In this document: positions 35,101 to 50,881 of the stretch, in pieces | How positions within the stretch are numbered: position 1 is the stretch's first letter | How the letters are laid out: the number at the start of each line of letters is the position of its first letter | From: Vitrella brassicaformis CCMP3155 | Taxonomy: Eukaryota > Protista > Chromerida | Reading direction: 5' to 3' | Assembly (NCBI GenBank): GCA_001179505.1 | Contig: CDMY01000385.1 | Location: 62,001 to 126,000 of the forward strand | DNA length: 64,000 bases | The notes under the pieces: generated by a model | What the model was told of the DNA's origin: nothing | What the model saw: the letters and a program-made list of their open reading frames with translations, nothing else | Databases searched by the model: none | Position numbers and translations under genes: made by a program

Positions 35101-38100
35101 TGGGATGAAATGTACTCGACAGACAGACAGACAGACACACACACATCGATCGATCGACATGACATGACACGACACGAGTTGTGAGAGAAGAGACACAAGG
35201 GGTCGGCCTGCGCTTTCGTATGAAACAAACTGGCAGTCAGTTAGTCAGTCAGATGATTAAGTAATGGACTCTGGACAACACACGGACGCACGCCCTCACG
35301 CAGCCAGGAGCAACAGATAGCCAGGAGGAGATTGATACGAGTGAATGAATGAATGGATGAGTGAATGGACGATGAGAAGGAAACAAATACGCTCAATAAA
35401 GTTCCTTCCTGTGCGCCTCCCTCCCTTCCTAGCTGTGCCAGCCAGTCCTTTGTCTTGTCACCCCACACGCATCTCACTGATCGACCTCCATCCCACGTAC
35501 GTGCAGCCTATCTGCCTGTCTGTCTGTCTGGTTTGGTACGTCAATTCCACGGTTAATTGTGTGGTACACCGCAAAACCACACACTCACACACATCCGTCC
35601 GTCCATCATCCATCCATCGCTCGCACCTCGACCGCACCTTTGCATACATCCACCCACCCACCCAGTCGCCCTCTCCCCCTCCCCCTCCATCCGGCAGCCA
35701 AGGAACACTCCCTCCCCGCAGGTTTGTCCCCCCTCCCCTGTTCTGGCGATTTATACGTCGTCATTGCTTTGGCAGCGATTAAAGGCAGTAGGCAGGCAGT
35801 GCGCACACACACACATGTACAGGCAGGCAGGCAGGCAGGCACGTAGGCAGGCAGCAGCGAAGCAGTGCAGCAGCAACAGCAGCAGCAAGATGTAGGCACG
35901 TCACATCACATCACCTCACGTAGCAGGTCAGCCATGTTTCCAACACACGTGCGGCAGTCGGTCGATCTCTCGTCTTTGGGAGGAAGGGTAGCTGGGTACG
36001 GTACGAAGGGGGCATAGGTGAACGACGGAAGTCACGATAAGACAATTAACTCGCAGGGACGCACCAGCCAGCCAGCCATCAATAAATCAAGTCATGTTTA
36101 TGGTGAGAGGGACCTCCAAACGAACGATCGACCTGAGCCTCACTCTCCCTCCCGTTGTCTTTCTCTCTCCATCATGTTAGCGCGTGTGTCAGTCAGTGTG
36201 ACGGCAAGTAAGCCAGCCAGCCAGCCAACACATAGATACAATACAGTCGACCTGTGTGCGTGAGCGTCATCTTCCCTCGTCAGAGTGAGTCGACGCGTCC
36301 AAAAGCATATATGGCACACGGGAAGTCTAGCCTGGCCCTGGCGTGGCCTGCCTGCCATTGATCAACTCATCCGTCAGCCAACACGCACAAGAAAGCCTCT
36401 CTCGTGTGCGTCGGACCTCCCTGTCGTGTGGGGTGTTCGTTTCCTCTTTCCGCCCTCTCTGTCGGCCTGTCTCTCTGACCGGTGACACATCAACATTTCC
36501 CTGGTGAAGTTAAAGCACAACACATTCGCCCTCATCAGAGGAATGAACAACAGCCTCTCCTCGCTCTCATTCTCGCCCCGTGAATGCACTCATCCATCCA
36601 TCCCTCCCTCCCATGACGGTCACCTTAAACGATGAACCGCCAGGCCACCCCGCCCCGCCCACCGAGAGTGAAAGTGTCAGCGATCAGTGAGTGTCAGCCA
36701 TCCGGCTAGAAAGAAAAGTGCAGTGAGTACATGGCCAAGTGGCCAGGAAGAGAGCCAGCAACCTCCAGCAGCAGAGGGGTCATGCACACACACGCGCACA
36801 CACACACATCAGAACACGCAAAAGACAGAACCCGCATCCACGTCAGCCAGCCAGAGGGCGAAAACGTATCCATACACCCACACGTGGATCGATCGACCTT
36901 GAAAGTGAATGTGACGGATGAATGAGTGAATCAATGAATGAATGGTGGCGCGAAAGACACTCACACGATTGAAAACGATCGGCCCTCTCTGTTTTACATT
37001 TCTGCTTCCTGGTCGGCCTGTGCGCTCACTCTCTGTCCTCGTGTCGTGTCGCGTCGGTCGTGTGCAAATAACATACATCATACAACCGGTAATAGCCTCG
37101 CTCGTGGTCATGCGTGATAGAAACCCGTGACATACACGATGCCATATACGTCTTTGTTGACCGACGCCGTGCTCTCTGCATCCCACCAGGCAGTGTGCGT
37201 GCCCATCAGTAGAGCCGTGTAGCTCATGCGTCCGTCCGGACATCGATCGACATACATCCGCCAACAGACAAACGGTGAGTGAGTGAGTGAGTGAGTCAGT
37301 GTGTGGACAGGTGAACCCCCCAGGCCATCTCGCATCCCAGTTGGGAGTGACGCGATGGCCAAGACGCAGACAGACGGACAGACAGGAAAAGCAGACAACC
37401 TGATTAATAGACAGCCATGCCATGCCAGCCAGCCAGGGTGTGTGTGGTGTGTATGTGTGTGCATGCGTGTGTGCGCGCGCGAGAGTGCGTGCGTCGGCAG
37501 CAAAGCGACAAATACAGGCAGACGACAGCTAGCTGGTTGAGCAGGCAAGAGAGAACATGCACACACCGGCCGACCGACCGACCAGTACATGCACGCAGCC
37601 ACCACCGAAGCAACAAACACAGCCGGCCACACCAATCACGCAGGCCAACCGTGTGTGTGTGTGTGTGTGTATGTATATATGCGCCAGCCAGCATCCGGCC
37701 AGTCAGCGTGGCTTGCCGATCGGACGCTGGCTGGCACTGCACGCCACAGCAAGGCACGGCGCTCACCAAACGACACACGAGAGGGAGGGAGGGAGTGGGC
37801 GGGCTGACTGGGTAGGTGAGTCGCTGCTCGTGCTCTCCGCACGTTGTGTGGTGGTCCAAAAACAGCAGAGCTGTGCCAATCACTCACTCACCGCCCTCCC
37901 CCTCTGTGACCGACCGGCTCTCAGAAACTTTCATCATGTGGGTAGGTAAAGCCATCCGTCTACACCTGCGTGTACACGCACGTGTAGCGTGCCCGTACAT
38001 GCCTGACTGACTGACGTGTATACGATACGCGTACATACTGACTCAAGTATGTATGTAAACAACAAATCGCCAGCCAGCAAATCAGTCGCGCCCTAGAAAG

Positions 38101-40300
38101 TAAGAGAGTAAGAAAGAAAGCAAAGCGAGCGTCCGCACCGTGAGGGAGGGAGTGGAGTGGAGTGAGTGAGTGAGTAAGCGAATGAATCAATGGATCAATG
38201 ACCTACCCTTTGCAACGCATAGCAAGCATCCATACAGACCATGATCAGACCAGACGGGCAGACCGACGTAGGTCAGAGAGCCACCCGTCCATCCGTCCGA
38301 CCCACGCGAATTGAATCAACCAACCAGCCAACCATCGAGCCAGCAGACCAACACGCGTCGACCGACAGCGCTCTCCCGCCCGCCATTAGAAAACGAGCTG
38401 GCTCAGCGCCACAAAGATGAGAGACGAGCACCCGTGTGTACAACACAAGAACGAGGCAACGCGGGTGGGTGGGGGGGACATCACGCCGCAGAACCGCCCG
38501 CTTACAAGTGGTGCGAGTGTGCAGAGGCGCGGGTGAATCTTGACGCTTGCCTGCCTGCCTGTCTGCCTGTCGACCGACACACGCGTCTCGTCTCGTCTCG
38601 TCTCTTAAAGCGACCAAAAAACTGTGGGTGTACGTGGCAGTGTGTGTGAGTGAGAGTGACGTGTGACCGAGAAACGGCCGGCCAAGCTTCAGACACTGAC
38701 CGAGTGCGCACCGTACGACAGAGCCGTGTGTACGTGCGTGTGGTGCGCTGTGTGTGAGTGGGAAAATGGTGTGATCCAGGTGGATGGCATGACGGCATGC
38801 ATGAGAAAAAGCGATGTGCATGTCGACAGCAGCAGCATGGCACGGCAAGAGCCTCTCGCCGGCGAATTCGCCGCGTGGTGCATGTGATCTGCCTTTCCTC
38901 CCCTCCCTCCTTTCCCCTGCCTGTCTCTCTTTCCCTCTCTCTCTCTCCCGATGCCTCCGTACGCGCGTGTGCATGTCGAAAAACAACCCATGCACGGTGC
39001 TCTCTCTCGACTCGATGGTGATTCCTCTCTCCGAACACGAACACACACTGACCTGCCGTGCCTGTCGGTCAGTCTGTCTGTCTGTCTGCCTGTTTGTCTG
39101 CCCGACACGAAAAAGAGCGCAGTGGATGAGAGAAAGAGGACGGGAAAGCGTCAGGCAGGCAGGCAGGCAGGCACACATGAACGAGGGAAACGGGTGAGAC
39201 ACTTCTCACACATAAGAGTCAGTAGACAGCCAGTCACACAGTCACATAGGCAGAGTGCCTGACAGAGAGAGACAGGTGGACAGCTAAGCCAAGCAAAGCC
39301 ACGCCACGAGGGCAAAAAGTGTGTGTGGGTGCGGATGAATGAATGAACGAACACTGAAGCGATATTTGCTGTGGTGTGGTGTGCTGTGCTGTGGTGTGGA
39401 CGAAAGCAAGCATACAAGCCAACAGCCGACGTGACTGACTGACACCAGCCAAAAGACCGGCCAGCCACCAAGCAACCAAGCAACCAAGCAGCTCCACGCA
39501 CACACGTTCATGCATCGCATCCATCCATCCATCATGTAGGCAACGGAAGAGCACAGACAGGTAGTCAAAGTGTGTACGCAAGTACGTCCCGGTAGGGACA
39601 CTCCGCCCCCCAAAGCAAACAAACCACACCCGCCCCGCCCACCAGCCCCAGCCCACCTGCCAATTCAGCCATCCCATCTCTCGCCAACACACAAGTCCTC
39701 CGCTCACTGATGCACTCATTCTTCGCGAATCGCGACGTGGGAGGCCGGGCGCCACATGCATTCGGGCACACATAAAAAAACATCAACGAAAGAATCAAGA
39801 CAGGCGTCGGCAATCCAACGACGACGCGCGAAATCTCTCTCTGTCCCTGTCTCTCCAGCAGCCAGTCAGCGAGTGAGTGCACGAAAGCAGCCAGACGAAG
39901 GCATGGGAACTACAGGTCACACACACGGCCAGCCAGCCACAGCACACTCGACCGACGTGCACGCAGACGTGCGCTCGAGGTGCGTATGGCCAGGCCAGGC
40001 CCCTCTGGTGAATCCAGCCAGTCAGCCACACCATGACATACATGATCATTCACTCACATCCACGATGTCCATGAAATGTCATCCATCCATCCAGACAAGA
40101 CAAGAGGAGAGAGGAGAGAGAGTCAGTTTGCTGCAGCCACCGCACGCACTCATGCACACCTGCACTGCCTGCATATACACGAAACACTTGTTGTTATGCG
40201 AGTAGAGAGGAACAAAGCTGCCTGCCTGCCTCCCTGTACACCATTCATCCATCCATTCATCTATCTCTTTTCCCCTCGCCGCTGAGTCAGTCATACGTAT
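30700..40300. repeat. About 10-kb microsatellite-rich interval without recognisable coding sequence
   Basis: Arrays of (CA)n, (GACA)n, (GGCA)n, (GCCA)n, (CATC)n, (GAGT)n, (TATG)n; ORFs are low-complexity artefacts. Confidence 0.65.
34952..34993 (+). repeat. (GGGT)n-type tract with nine GGG runs (G-quadruplex-capable)
   Basis: GGG runs start at 34952, 34958, 34962, 34969, 34973, 34979, 34983, 34987 and 34991. Confidence 0.75.
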
Positions 40301-40418
40301 CGCCAGCCAGAACAGAGGAGTCATAGACAAAACCGCGGAGTCAGTCACGTTCCCTTGCTGCCGTCACTCGAGGGCCGCCCTCCCCTCCCTCCCTCCCTCC
40401 CCCCGAGTAGCGGTGTCC

Positions 40419-41376
40419 TCATTGTGTGATGGATCGGCGGAGCAGTCGCTGCTCCTTCCGCCGCTGCCACAGCGGACTCTCCTCCACACTGCCCAAACGA
40501 AACTCCCTGACACACAGGCAACACACAACAGCACACCACCGTCATATCGCATCGCGTAGGTCCCTCCTCCCTCCCTCGCTCTGTGTCTCTACGTGCGTAC
40601 CTGATGCCGTCAGCCCCGTCGGATGCGACGAGTCGGGGTAGGAATGCGGGTGTGTCGTCGTCGGACGGCGTGGGGTCCCATCCGCGGCTCCAGAAGGGCG
40701 GGCGGCTGCTGTGTGAGGTCGGGGGAGACGGAGTGCGGCTGCCGCTGCTGTCGGCGGAGTGTGTGTGGGAGGGCACGATGGCCTCGAGGTCGGTGGAGTG
40801 GAGACGGAAGAGGGTGGGGTTGAGGGAACTGTACCCAGCCATGTGGGGAGTCGATGGCTCTGACAAACAAAATGACACGCACCCTGCCTGGTGTCTACTG
40901 TCTCGCGTGTTGGTGTGTGCGTGTCCGTGGTGTGCTTGTGTACCATCGAAGGCTGGGCTGTCGATGTCAGCACAGTAGTCGGTCGTGGCACAGTCAGAGA
41001 AGACGCCAGCATCTGAATCAACTGACAGACAGGCGGAGAGACAGACAGACAACCACACAAGACAGTCAATCGACAAGCACGTGCCACATGCGTCTCGCGA
41101 GGCTAGGCGTCTCTTTCCTGCCGTCTCCCCTCGTGTGTCGCCTGTGCTTGCCGCACCTGATATCTTGAGGTCGGCCCGGGGCATCTTAGTATTGGTGTGA
41201 GGCACGTCACTCACAAACTTGACTGAAGAGCGAGGACAGTGAGACGGCACTGTCTGGACGGCCGGGACGCCATGGCAGCTCTGCACGCACGCCGCTGTGT
41301 GCTCTCCGTCGGCCGTCTCAGGCTGAGCTGCACACGAGTCGTGATGGCGGTCACCGCAGGAAACCTCCAGGGCCAT
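40419..41376 (-). CDS. Orphan disordered S/P/D-rich protein, 4 exons (about 240 aa)
   Basis: ATG at 41376 (MALEVSCGD). Three GT-AG introns (phases 1, 1, 2) join open frames and end EFRLGSVEESPLWQRRKEQRLLRRSITQ-stop at 40419. No known domain recognised. Confidence 0.6.
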
Positions 41377-41611
41377 CGCTGTCAGCTGCTCACAAGCGCG
41401 GTGGTAGGCGACAAGGGTGCGCAAGGGACAGTGTGACAGACAGCAGCGAGATCTGGGGGGTGCGAGCTCGACAAACGTGGTTGGCTGGGTTTGAGTGTGA
41501 GGACTTGATGTGGACACTGTGACAAGATCTGGGCGCCGTTACCCTTCTTGTGTCCCTGCGACCGCTTCCTTCATACCGCCGTCTCGCGCGGCCTGCGAGA
41601 CACCACTGGCG
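41377..41611. promoter_or_regulatory. Putative bidirectional promoter (235 nt between divergent ATGs)
   Basis: ATG at 41376 (-) and ATG at 41612 (+). Confidence 0.5.
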
Positions 41612-44573
<2,962 letters not shown>

Positions 44574-44599
44574 GGGGCGGGGCGGAGTGCGGGGGGCGG

Positions 44600-47500
44600 C
44601 GCTGCGTTGTTTGGTTGTGTTCGTGTTGTGGTGGTGTGTGTGCTTGAGAGGGGTGGGTGACACAGGGGGCCATGCATGGGGTTCGTGAGTGAGGGAGGGA
44701 GGGAGGGAGGGCTGGCTGTCTTGGTTTCTTTTCTCTTCCTGCCTCCTCTATGCCTTCCTGCCTGCCTGCGTGCGTCAACTCTTACACACATTTGCGTACC
44801 TGCGTGCCTGCGTGAGGCTGGTGGGTGGGGCATACATTGTCTGTCTGTCTGTCTGTCTTTCCTCCCTCCCCCTAAGCTAAGACCCTTTCAGTGCACTCGC
44901 AGGTACACACATGCCTACGTTCACACTCACCACGGCAATCAATCAAGGGGTTGGGCTTTCTGCCACGTGGCAAGGTTATCAGGTATCTATCTATCGTGTC
45001 TATACCACAACACAACATAACCTAACCTGGCGCAGCACCGCAGCTTTCAAGGTCAGAGCAGGGCGGGCAGGCAGGTCGGTCATTTTTGTAAGTGGCTGTC
45101 CGTGTCGACTGCGTGTCCGTCCGTCCGTGCCCGTGCCTGATTGACGGAGGTAGATGCTCGCTAGCTGCTGTGGTATGATGCTCACTAGCCGCTGACTCCC
45201 CCAATGTTGCTCGCTATCTGAAAGAGAGAGAGCAGCCGAGGGGGCAATGCATGAGACAGAGAGACAGACAGACAGGCAGGAAGGCAGGTAGACAGGAGTG
45301 CACATCTGCCTGAGTTCGCCTATGGCGCCATTGGGGAGGGCTGAAGGGCGGGAAGGGGAGGGGAGGACGGCCGTACTGGGCTCTTCTCATGCGTCCGTCC
45401 ATCACTTGACACATCACACCACATCAATCGCATCGGGTTTTCATGCGGTTGTGCTAATCGCATTCATTCCACTCACAGGTCCATTATGATCAATCATCTT
45501 ATATATCTTGTGAATGGATGCAGTGCACGTGTGTACGGTATGTAATGTGTAACAGCAGGTGGTTGCTCACTTCGAGCCGAGTGAGGTTTTGCATTCCATT
45601 CATGCAGGTGATATGCATCCGTCGCGTTTCGTTTCGTTTCGTTTGGTTCCTTCCGTTGCGTTCGTTTGTGCGTGCGTTTTCTTTTCTTGTCTTTTCGTTT
45701 CACGCTGGCTGGCTGACTGCTCGACTGGCTGACTGGCCTGTTTCTCGGTTGATTGCTCTGTGGCCGATGAGTACATGCGGGTGTGCCGAGCCTGATTGTG
45801 GCTGATAGGTAGGTTATCGCATGCAGCAGGCTGGCTGGCGAGAAGATGCGGTGCTTGTTGTTGTATCGAGCATCAATCCATCCGCCAGATAGATAAAGGA
45901 CGATCGATGCAACTGACGGGCGGCGATGGGCGATCTTTTTGGTCGGTATGATATGCAGCGGGCTTGCTCATGTATGTGCGGATCGATCGACCAGTCAGCG
46001 TGGTCGGCTCTTTTTTCCTTCCTTGCTTACTTTGCATGCATGCATGGATGCATCTATCCTATCAATGGTTTCTTTGAGTGCATGGTGTGAGCATCGAGCA
46101 CCCACCCATCCATCCCTCCATCCCCTTGTTTTGCCGCATGTATCGCAACTCATCCACGGATACACATACTCACACGCACGGAAAGCGACACACGAATAAA
46201 CGGGGTTGTGGGCGAGTGGGTGGGTGGGTAGGCCGATCAGATAAACGGACCGACTGTGAGGTGGAAGGCAGGGCAGAGAGACAGAGGGAGGGAGGGAGGG
46301 AGGGAGGGACAGATGAGGGGAGGAACAGCAGTGTTATCTGCTGAGTACGACGCAATTCATAGAGAGAGAGAGAGAGGGCGGGCTGGCTGGCTGGCTGGCT
46401 GGCTGCGATGAGTGAGGGAGGGTGCATGGCATGTTTCTCTGCTAATGGTGTGCACGTGTATGTGTGGCCTGTCCGTGTGCGCTGGGCTGGGGTGGTCTGC
46501 TGAGTGCGTGGCGTGAATGACTGGCTTCCTGGCTTGCTGTGGTAGCCTTGTTACACACATCGATGTATGTATGACACGTGTGTATTTCTATGTCTGTCTG
46601 TCAATGCTGGCTGGCTGGCTGGTTTTATTCACTCACTCACTCCCCGCTCATTCAGTGCACCCATTGTCCGTCCGTATGCGTGGTGACTCGTTCGGTCCGC
46701 TCCCTCGGTCTCTGTTCGTTCGTTCGGTCGTTGGCTGCTCTGTCCTACCGGCCGGTAGCGCAGAGGCCTTTCTTCATACACACACACAAGGAAGGAGATA
46801 TACAAACACGGCGGCCAGGGAGGCCACCACGCTCACCTCATTGTCTCTTTCTCACCTCATTGTCACTCGTCATTGATCCGCTCATCCATTGCATCCATTG
46901 CCTCCATCCATCCACCCATCAGTGCATTGGTCGATTGGTCGTCGTGTGCCCTACGTATGCTATGTATCTAAACATGTACGCACCTATGAATGTATGTACG
47001 TATGTATGTGTATGTGTGTGTACTGACTTACTTCCTCTGTGGAGAATGTGTATGTGAATGTGTGTATGTGTATGCACACCCATGGCCTGCAATGCACTCA
47101 CTGCAGCACATCTTTTCTTCTCGTCTGCTCGCTCGTTGCATTTGTACTCATTCACACATGGGCGCTTCGGCACGGATGGATGGATGCATGGATGGATGGG
47201 TGGACTCTCTCGTTGTATTTTTCGTCGCGGCTTCCCTGCTCGTCTCGTGTGTGCACTCCTCACGTGTCACACATGTATCGAGCGGTGATCCGCGGTCATT
47301 TGATCTCCCTTCTCCGTCCGTCCATCCATTCATCCATCCATCCATCACTCACTCACTCACGACACACACTCTTTGGACATCTCTCAGTCTGTCTGTCTGT
47401 CTGTCTCTGTCTGTCTGTCGCTCTCTGTATGTATAGCCCTTCCTTGCACTCTCGCACTCCTCTCATCTCCTCTGCGGCCTTCTGGCTCGAGGTTATTCGT

Positions 47501-50500
47501 ACGTACGTAAAGCACTCACTCTTACACATAGTCAGACGCCTGGATACCTGCCTCCCCGCCTGCCCGCCCGATCAAACTGTGGTCGTCAGTTTTTCTCTGC
47601 TTTGCAATGCGCTGCCTGGGGTAGCACAACACAGAGAACAGCATGCTCTCAAGCTTCCAGTTGACTCTGTGTGTGTCTGTCTCCTTTCTATGTATGTATT
47701 TTTCGAGGTGGCTGGCGAACTTGGTGGCTGCGTTCATTCGTCTCTTCTCTCCTTCTCTGGCTGGCTGGCTGTCTGGCTGTTCGGGCGCTGCGGGTCTGTG
47801 GGTCACGTCACACACAGGGAGGGGAGGGGAGAGAAGGTCCGGTCCCTTGGTCGATCGGCTGCTTGGCGGGCGGGCGGGCGGGCAGGCAGGTTGTATAGGC
47901 ATTCACACATTCGTATTCGTTATATATTCGTTTGTCCGTTTTCTTTGATTGTTTGTGGGGTCGATCGATCGGTCGATGTGTATGTGTGGATGTATATACA
48001 TGTGTGTGTATCACTCACTCACTCTCTCTCTCTCTGCGGCTGGTCGGTCGGTCGGTCGGTCGGTCGGGCACTCATCCACTTCCTCTCACTTACTTGCCTC
48101 GCTCTCCTCTCTATCCGTCTGTGTGTCGTGTTGTGTTGTGTTGTGTTGTGCTGCACAGTGCTGGGTGACACGGTGTATACTAGGTAGCTCTCTGCCTGTC
48201 CTCTCTCCCTTGGTCCTGCCAAGACGTGCCCTCTCTCACTCGCCGTGCCTCACGATGGATGGATGGATGGATGGAGTTTCATTGTCGATTGGCTGGTTGG
48301 CTGGCTGTTTGCTCTCCTCGTGCTATGTGGGTGTTGGTTCGGTGGGTCAGTCAACAGGTGTGTGTTCGGTTGGTCGGTCGGTCGTACTTTCTTGTGTGTC
48401 TTGTCGATGGATGGATGGATGGATCGGCTGAGTGAGCTGCTTTTAACATTTAAGGCCGGCACGTGTGCAATGGCATGGGTGCTGCAGTGTGTGCTGTGCG
48501 TACCTTGTCTGTGAGCCTGTCTGTCTGTCTGTCTGTCTGCAAAGGGCCTTTTTGAAACCAACACCAGCAAGGAAGTCAAGTCGATCGATCGATCGACAGC
48601 CATCCCCCGCCTCCCACCCACCCCCTCACTCACTAGACCCCCCCGATTCATACATAGCCTGCCTGCTGTGTGTATGTATATATATCCGCCTGCTGTGTGT
48701 GTGCGTCCGAGACGAATGGATGGTATGGATGATCATGGTATGGTATACACGTGTGACAGCCAGCACTGTGTGATGCACCCATCTTTTTGCGTACGTACAC
48801 AGTGGATCGATGCATCGCCTGTGTGTGTGTCTGTGTGTGGTGTTTTTCCCCTGCTCCATCTGAGTCTCTCTCTTTCTTGCCGCCCGCCTACGGCGTGCGT
48901 GGGTGGGTGCGTGCGTCTCACTGCATTGCGGCTCTGGAGAGAGCCTAGGGCATGCTCGTAAGCCGTTATCACGACCGACCGACCGACCGACAGACAGCCA
49001 AGCCGAAGGCCCGACCGACCGCTTTTATTGATGTGCGTACGTCACATGCGTATGGATGTGCTGTGTGTGTGTGTGTTGGTGAGAGAGTGCATGGCGTGAG
49101 GTGAGCAGTCAGTCGTGTATGGGCAGTCAGTCAGTCCGTCCTGCTGTGATGCGATGCGATGTGTGTCCCAGTCAGCGAGTGTGACCTTTTTTGTGTGTAT
49201 GTCCGTCCATCTGTCTGTCTGTCTGTCTACGCGTACCAGCTGAGGCCAACCCATTTATCTACAGCCAGCGACAAACGAGGGAGGGAGGGAGGGAGGGAGT
49301 AAGGGAGTAAGGGTGCGTGTTGTCCACCGGAGGGCATTGCACACACAATGGCAAAGATACAGATTTTGATTATGCATGCGTACCGAGGCGAGGAGAGTGC
49401 AGTGCCCCCCTTTTTTGTTCCATGCTCACCCCACCCACGCAACGCACCGCACCCCCTATACACACCTGCGATGCATTCCTTCATTTCTTCGTTCGTTGTG
49501 CTGGCTGGTGTGTGCATGTACGTATGCATCCATCCATCCATCCACCAACCTCATCCCACCTACCATACGCACCCGCATCTCTCTCTCTGTTGCCTCTCTC
49601 TACCTCCCTCTCTCTAACCTTGATCCCTCCCGGCCAGCTGACGCGCCTGGGTTGGTTTTCCCTCTGCCTTGCCTTGCTTGAGTATTCCATTCATTCCTTA
49701 ATTCGGCCGTCGTTGCGTACTTGTGTCTCGCTCGGCTTCCTCATTCGCGCGCGACGCACAACGTGTCAGCCACGCCCTCGGTCAACCAGTCAGACGGACA
49801 GGCAGACAGCAGGACAGACAGCGACAAGACAGCCAACACATTTAGTAAGAGTGAGCGACTGACCGGAACGAAGGAAGGAGCACATGCACATAAGTACGTG
49901 CACATAGACGAGGCCAGCGCGACGGGACGACGGCCGCACTGCTTACATCCGATACTTACCTGCTGCTTACTTGCTATACTCTCTCGTGGGCGTGGGGTGG
50001 CCGGCGACGGTTTTGCCTGAATCGATCACAGCCAGCCGCATGCACCCATGCTTATCCATGCTTATCGATCCATCGTTCCCGAAGAACATACATGTGTGCG
50101 TGTATACTTGTCCTGTGCGTCGCTCCTTTTATATATGTGGCTCCCTCTATCTGCCGCAGGGTGCTTCGCTTCGGAGACGCGTCGGTCGGTGCAGTGTGTG
50201 CGTGTCGTGTCCATCTGTCTATCTGTCTGCATTAATTGCTGTACGTTACTTACACGTGTGTCGTGTCGTGTCGTGTGGTGTTGTGTTGTGTGAGTACATC
50301 TGTCTGTCTGTGTATGATGTGGGTACTTACTCGCTGACCCGACAGCCGACTTGCACCTTGCTTGCTTGTAATTAACTAGGCACCTTCTTACTTGCCTGTT
50401 GCCATGTCTGCATGTGTGTATGTGTGGCTTGCCTTCCTCCCTATCTCTGTCTGTCTCCGTCTCCTCCCTCCTGCGCGTCAAGATGCGACAACACATGATG

Positions 50501-50700
50501 ATGCACTCATGCGGTGGATGGATATGGCATGGAGAGACATATGATGTCCGGACGCCGGCTGTGCGCGTAACTGCGTCACATCCACCTGTGTACGTGGATG
50601 GGATGATCACTCTGTGAAAGCTATTTATGAGCAGAGGAAAAATTACAAGATGGGGGCCTTAAGAAGGACCATGGATGACCAGATCGTGTGAATATTGACA
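44600..50700. repeat. About 6-kb microsatellite-rich interval ((GT)n, (CTGT)n, (GGAT)n, (GGCT)n, (GGGA)n, (GTCG)n)
   Basis: Read directly; no recognisable coding sequence. Confidence 0.65.
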
Positions 50701-50731
50701 TCAGACAAATACATGCACACTGCAGGGTCCG

Positions 50732-50818
50732 AACACAAGCAAGAAGACGGTAAGAGATCCAAGACACTTCTCACTGCCTCCTGCTGACACTCACCGCGAC
50801 TTTGACTCCCGCAAACAC
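50732..50818 (-). pseudogene. Defunct copy of CWF19L2 exon 1 and most of intron 1
   Basis: Minus strand reads GTG TTT GCG GGA GTC AAA GTC GCG|gtgagt (start ATG changed to GTG; FAGVKVA). It is followed by 63 of the 68 intron-1 nucleotides, truncated 5 nt before the acceptor, with no exon 2 downstream. Confidence 0.85.
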
Positions 50819-50881
50819 GTGCGGTGTCAGATGGGCGAGGAGCTCATCCAGTAAGTGCAGGGTTTCGAGAGCAGGGTTCGA
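50732..50881 (+). repeat. Copy B of the duplicated 5'-end module
   Basis: See copy A: 90/94 and 32/35 identity to the reverse complement of 25601-25470. Confidence 0.97.

Noticed and set aside
38860-38873. 14-bp palindrome cggcgaattcgccg, and 7-8 bp stems at 11233-11264, 12364-12384 and 34691-34717
   Set aside because: Expected by chance in 64 kb of GC-rich DNA; no supporting context.
46832-46864. 14-bp duplication ctcacctcattgtc as a CRISPR-like or element-terminal repeat
   Set aside because: Only two copies with a 5-nt spacer. This is ordinary slippage in a eukaryotic intergenic region; no array is present anywhere in the window.
47039-48187. 382-aa ORF and similar long ORFs at 38273-39202 and 12716-13387
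   Set aside because: Translations of microsatellites (SLSLS, HTHT, VCVC, WMDG) with no domain or splice structure.
50732-50760. Module as a spliced-leader RNA gene (18-nt leader followed by GTAAG)
   Set aside because: The shared sequence is fully explained as CWF19L2 exon 1 and intron 1 on the opposite strand. There is no clear Sm site and no tandem array.
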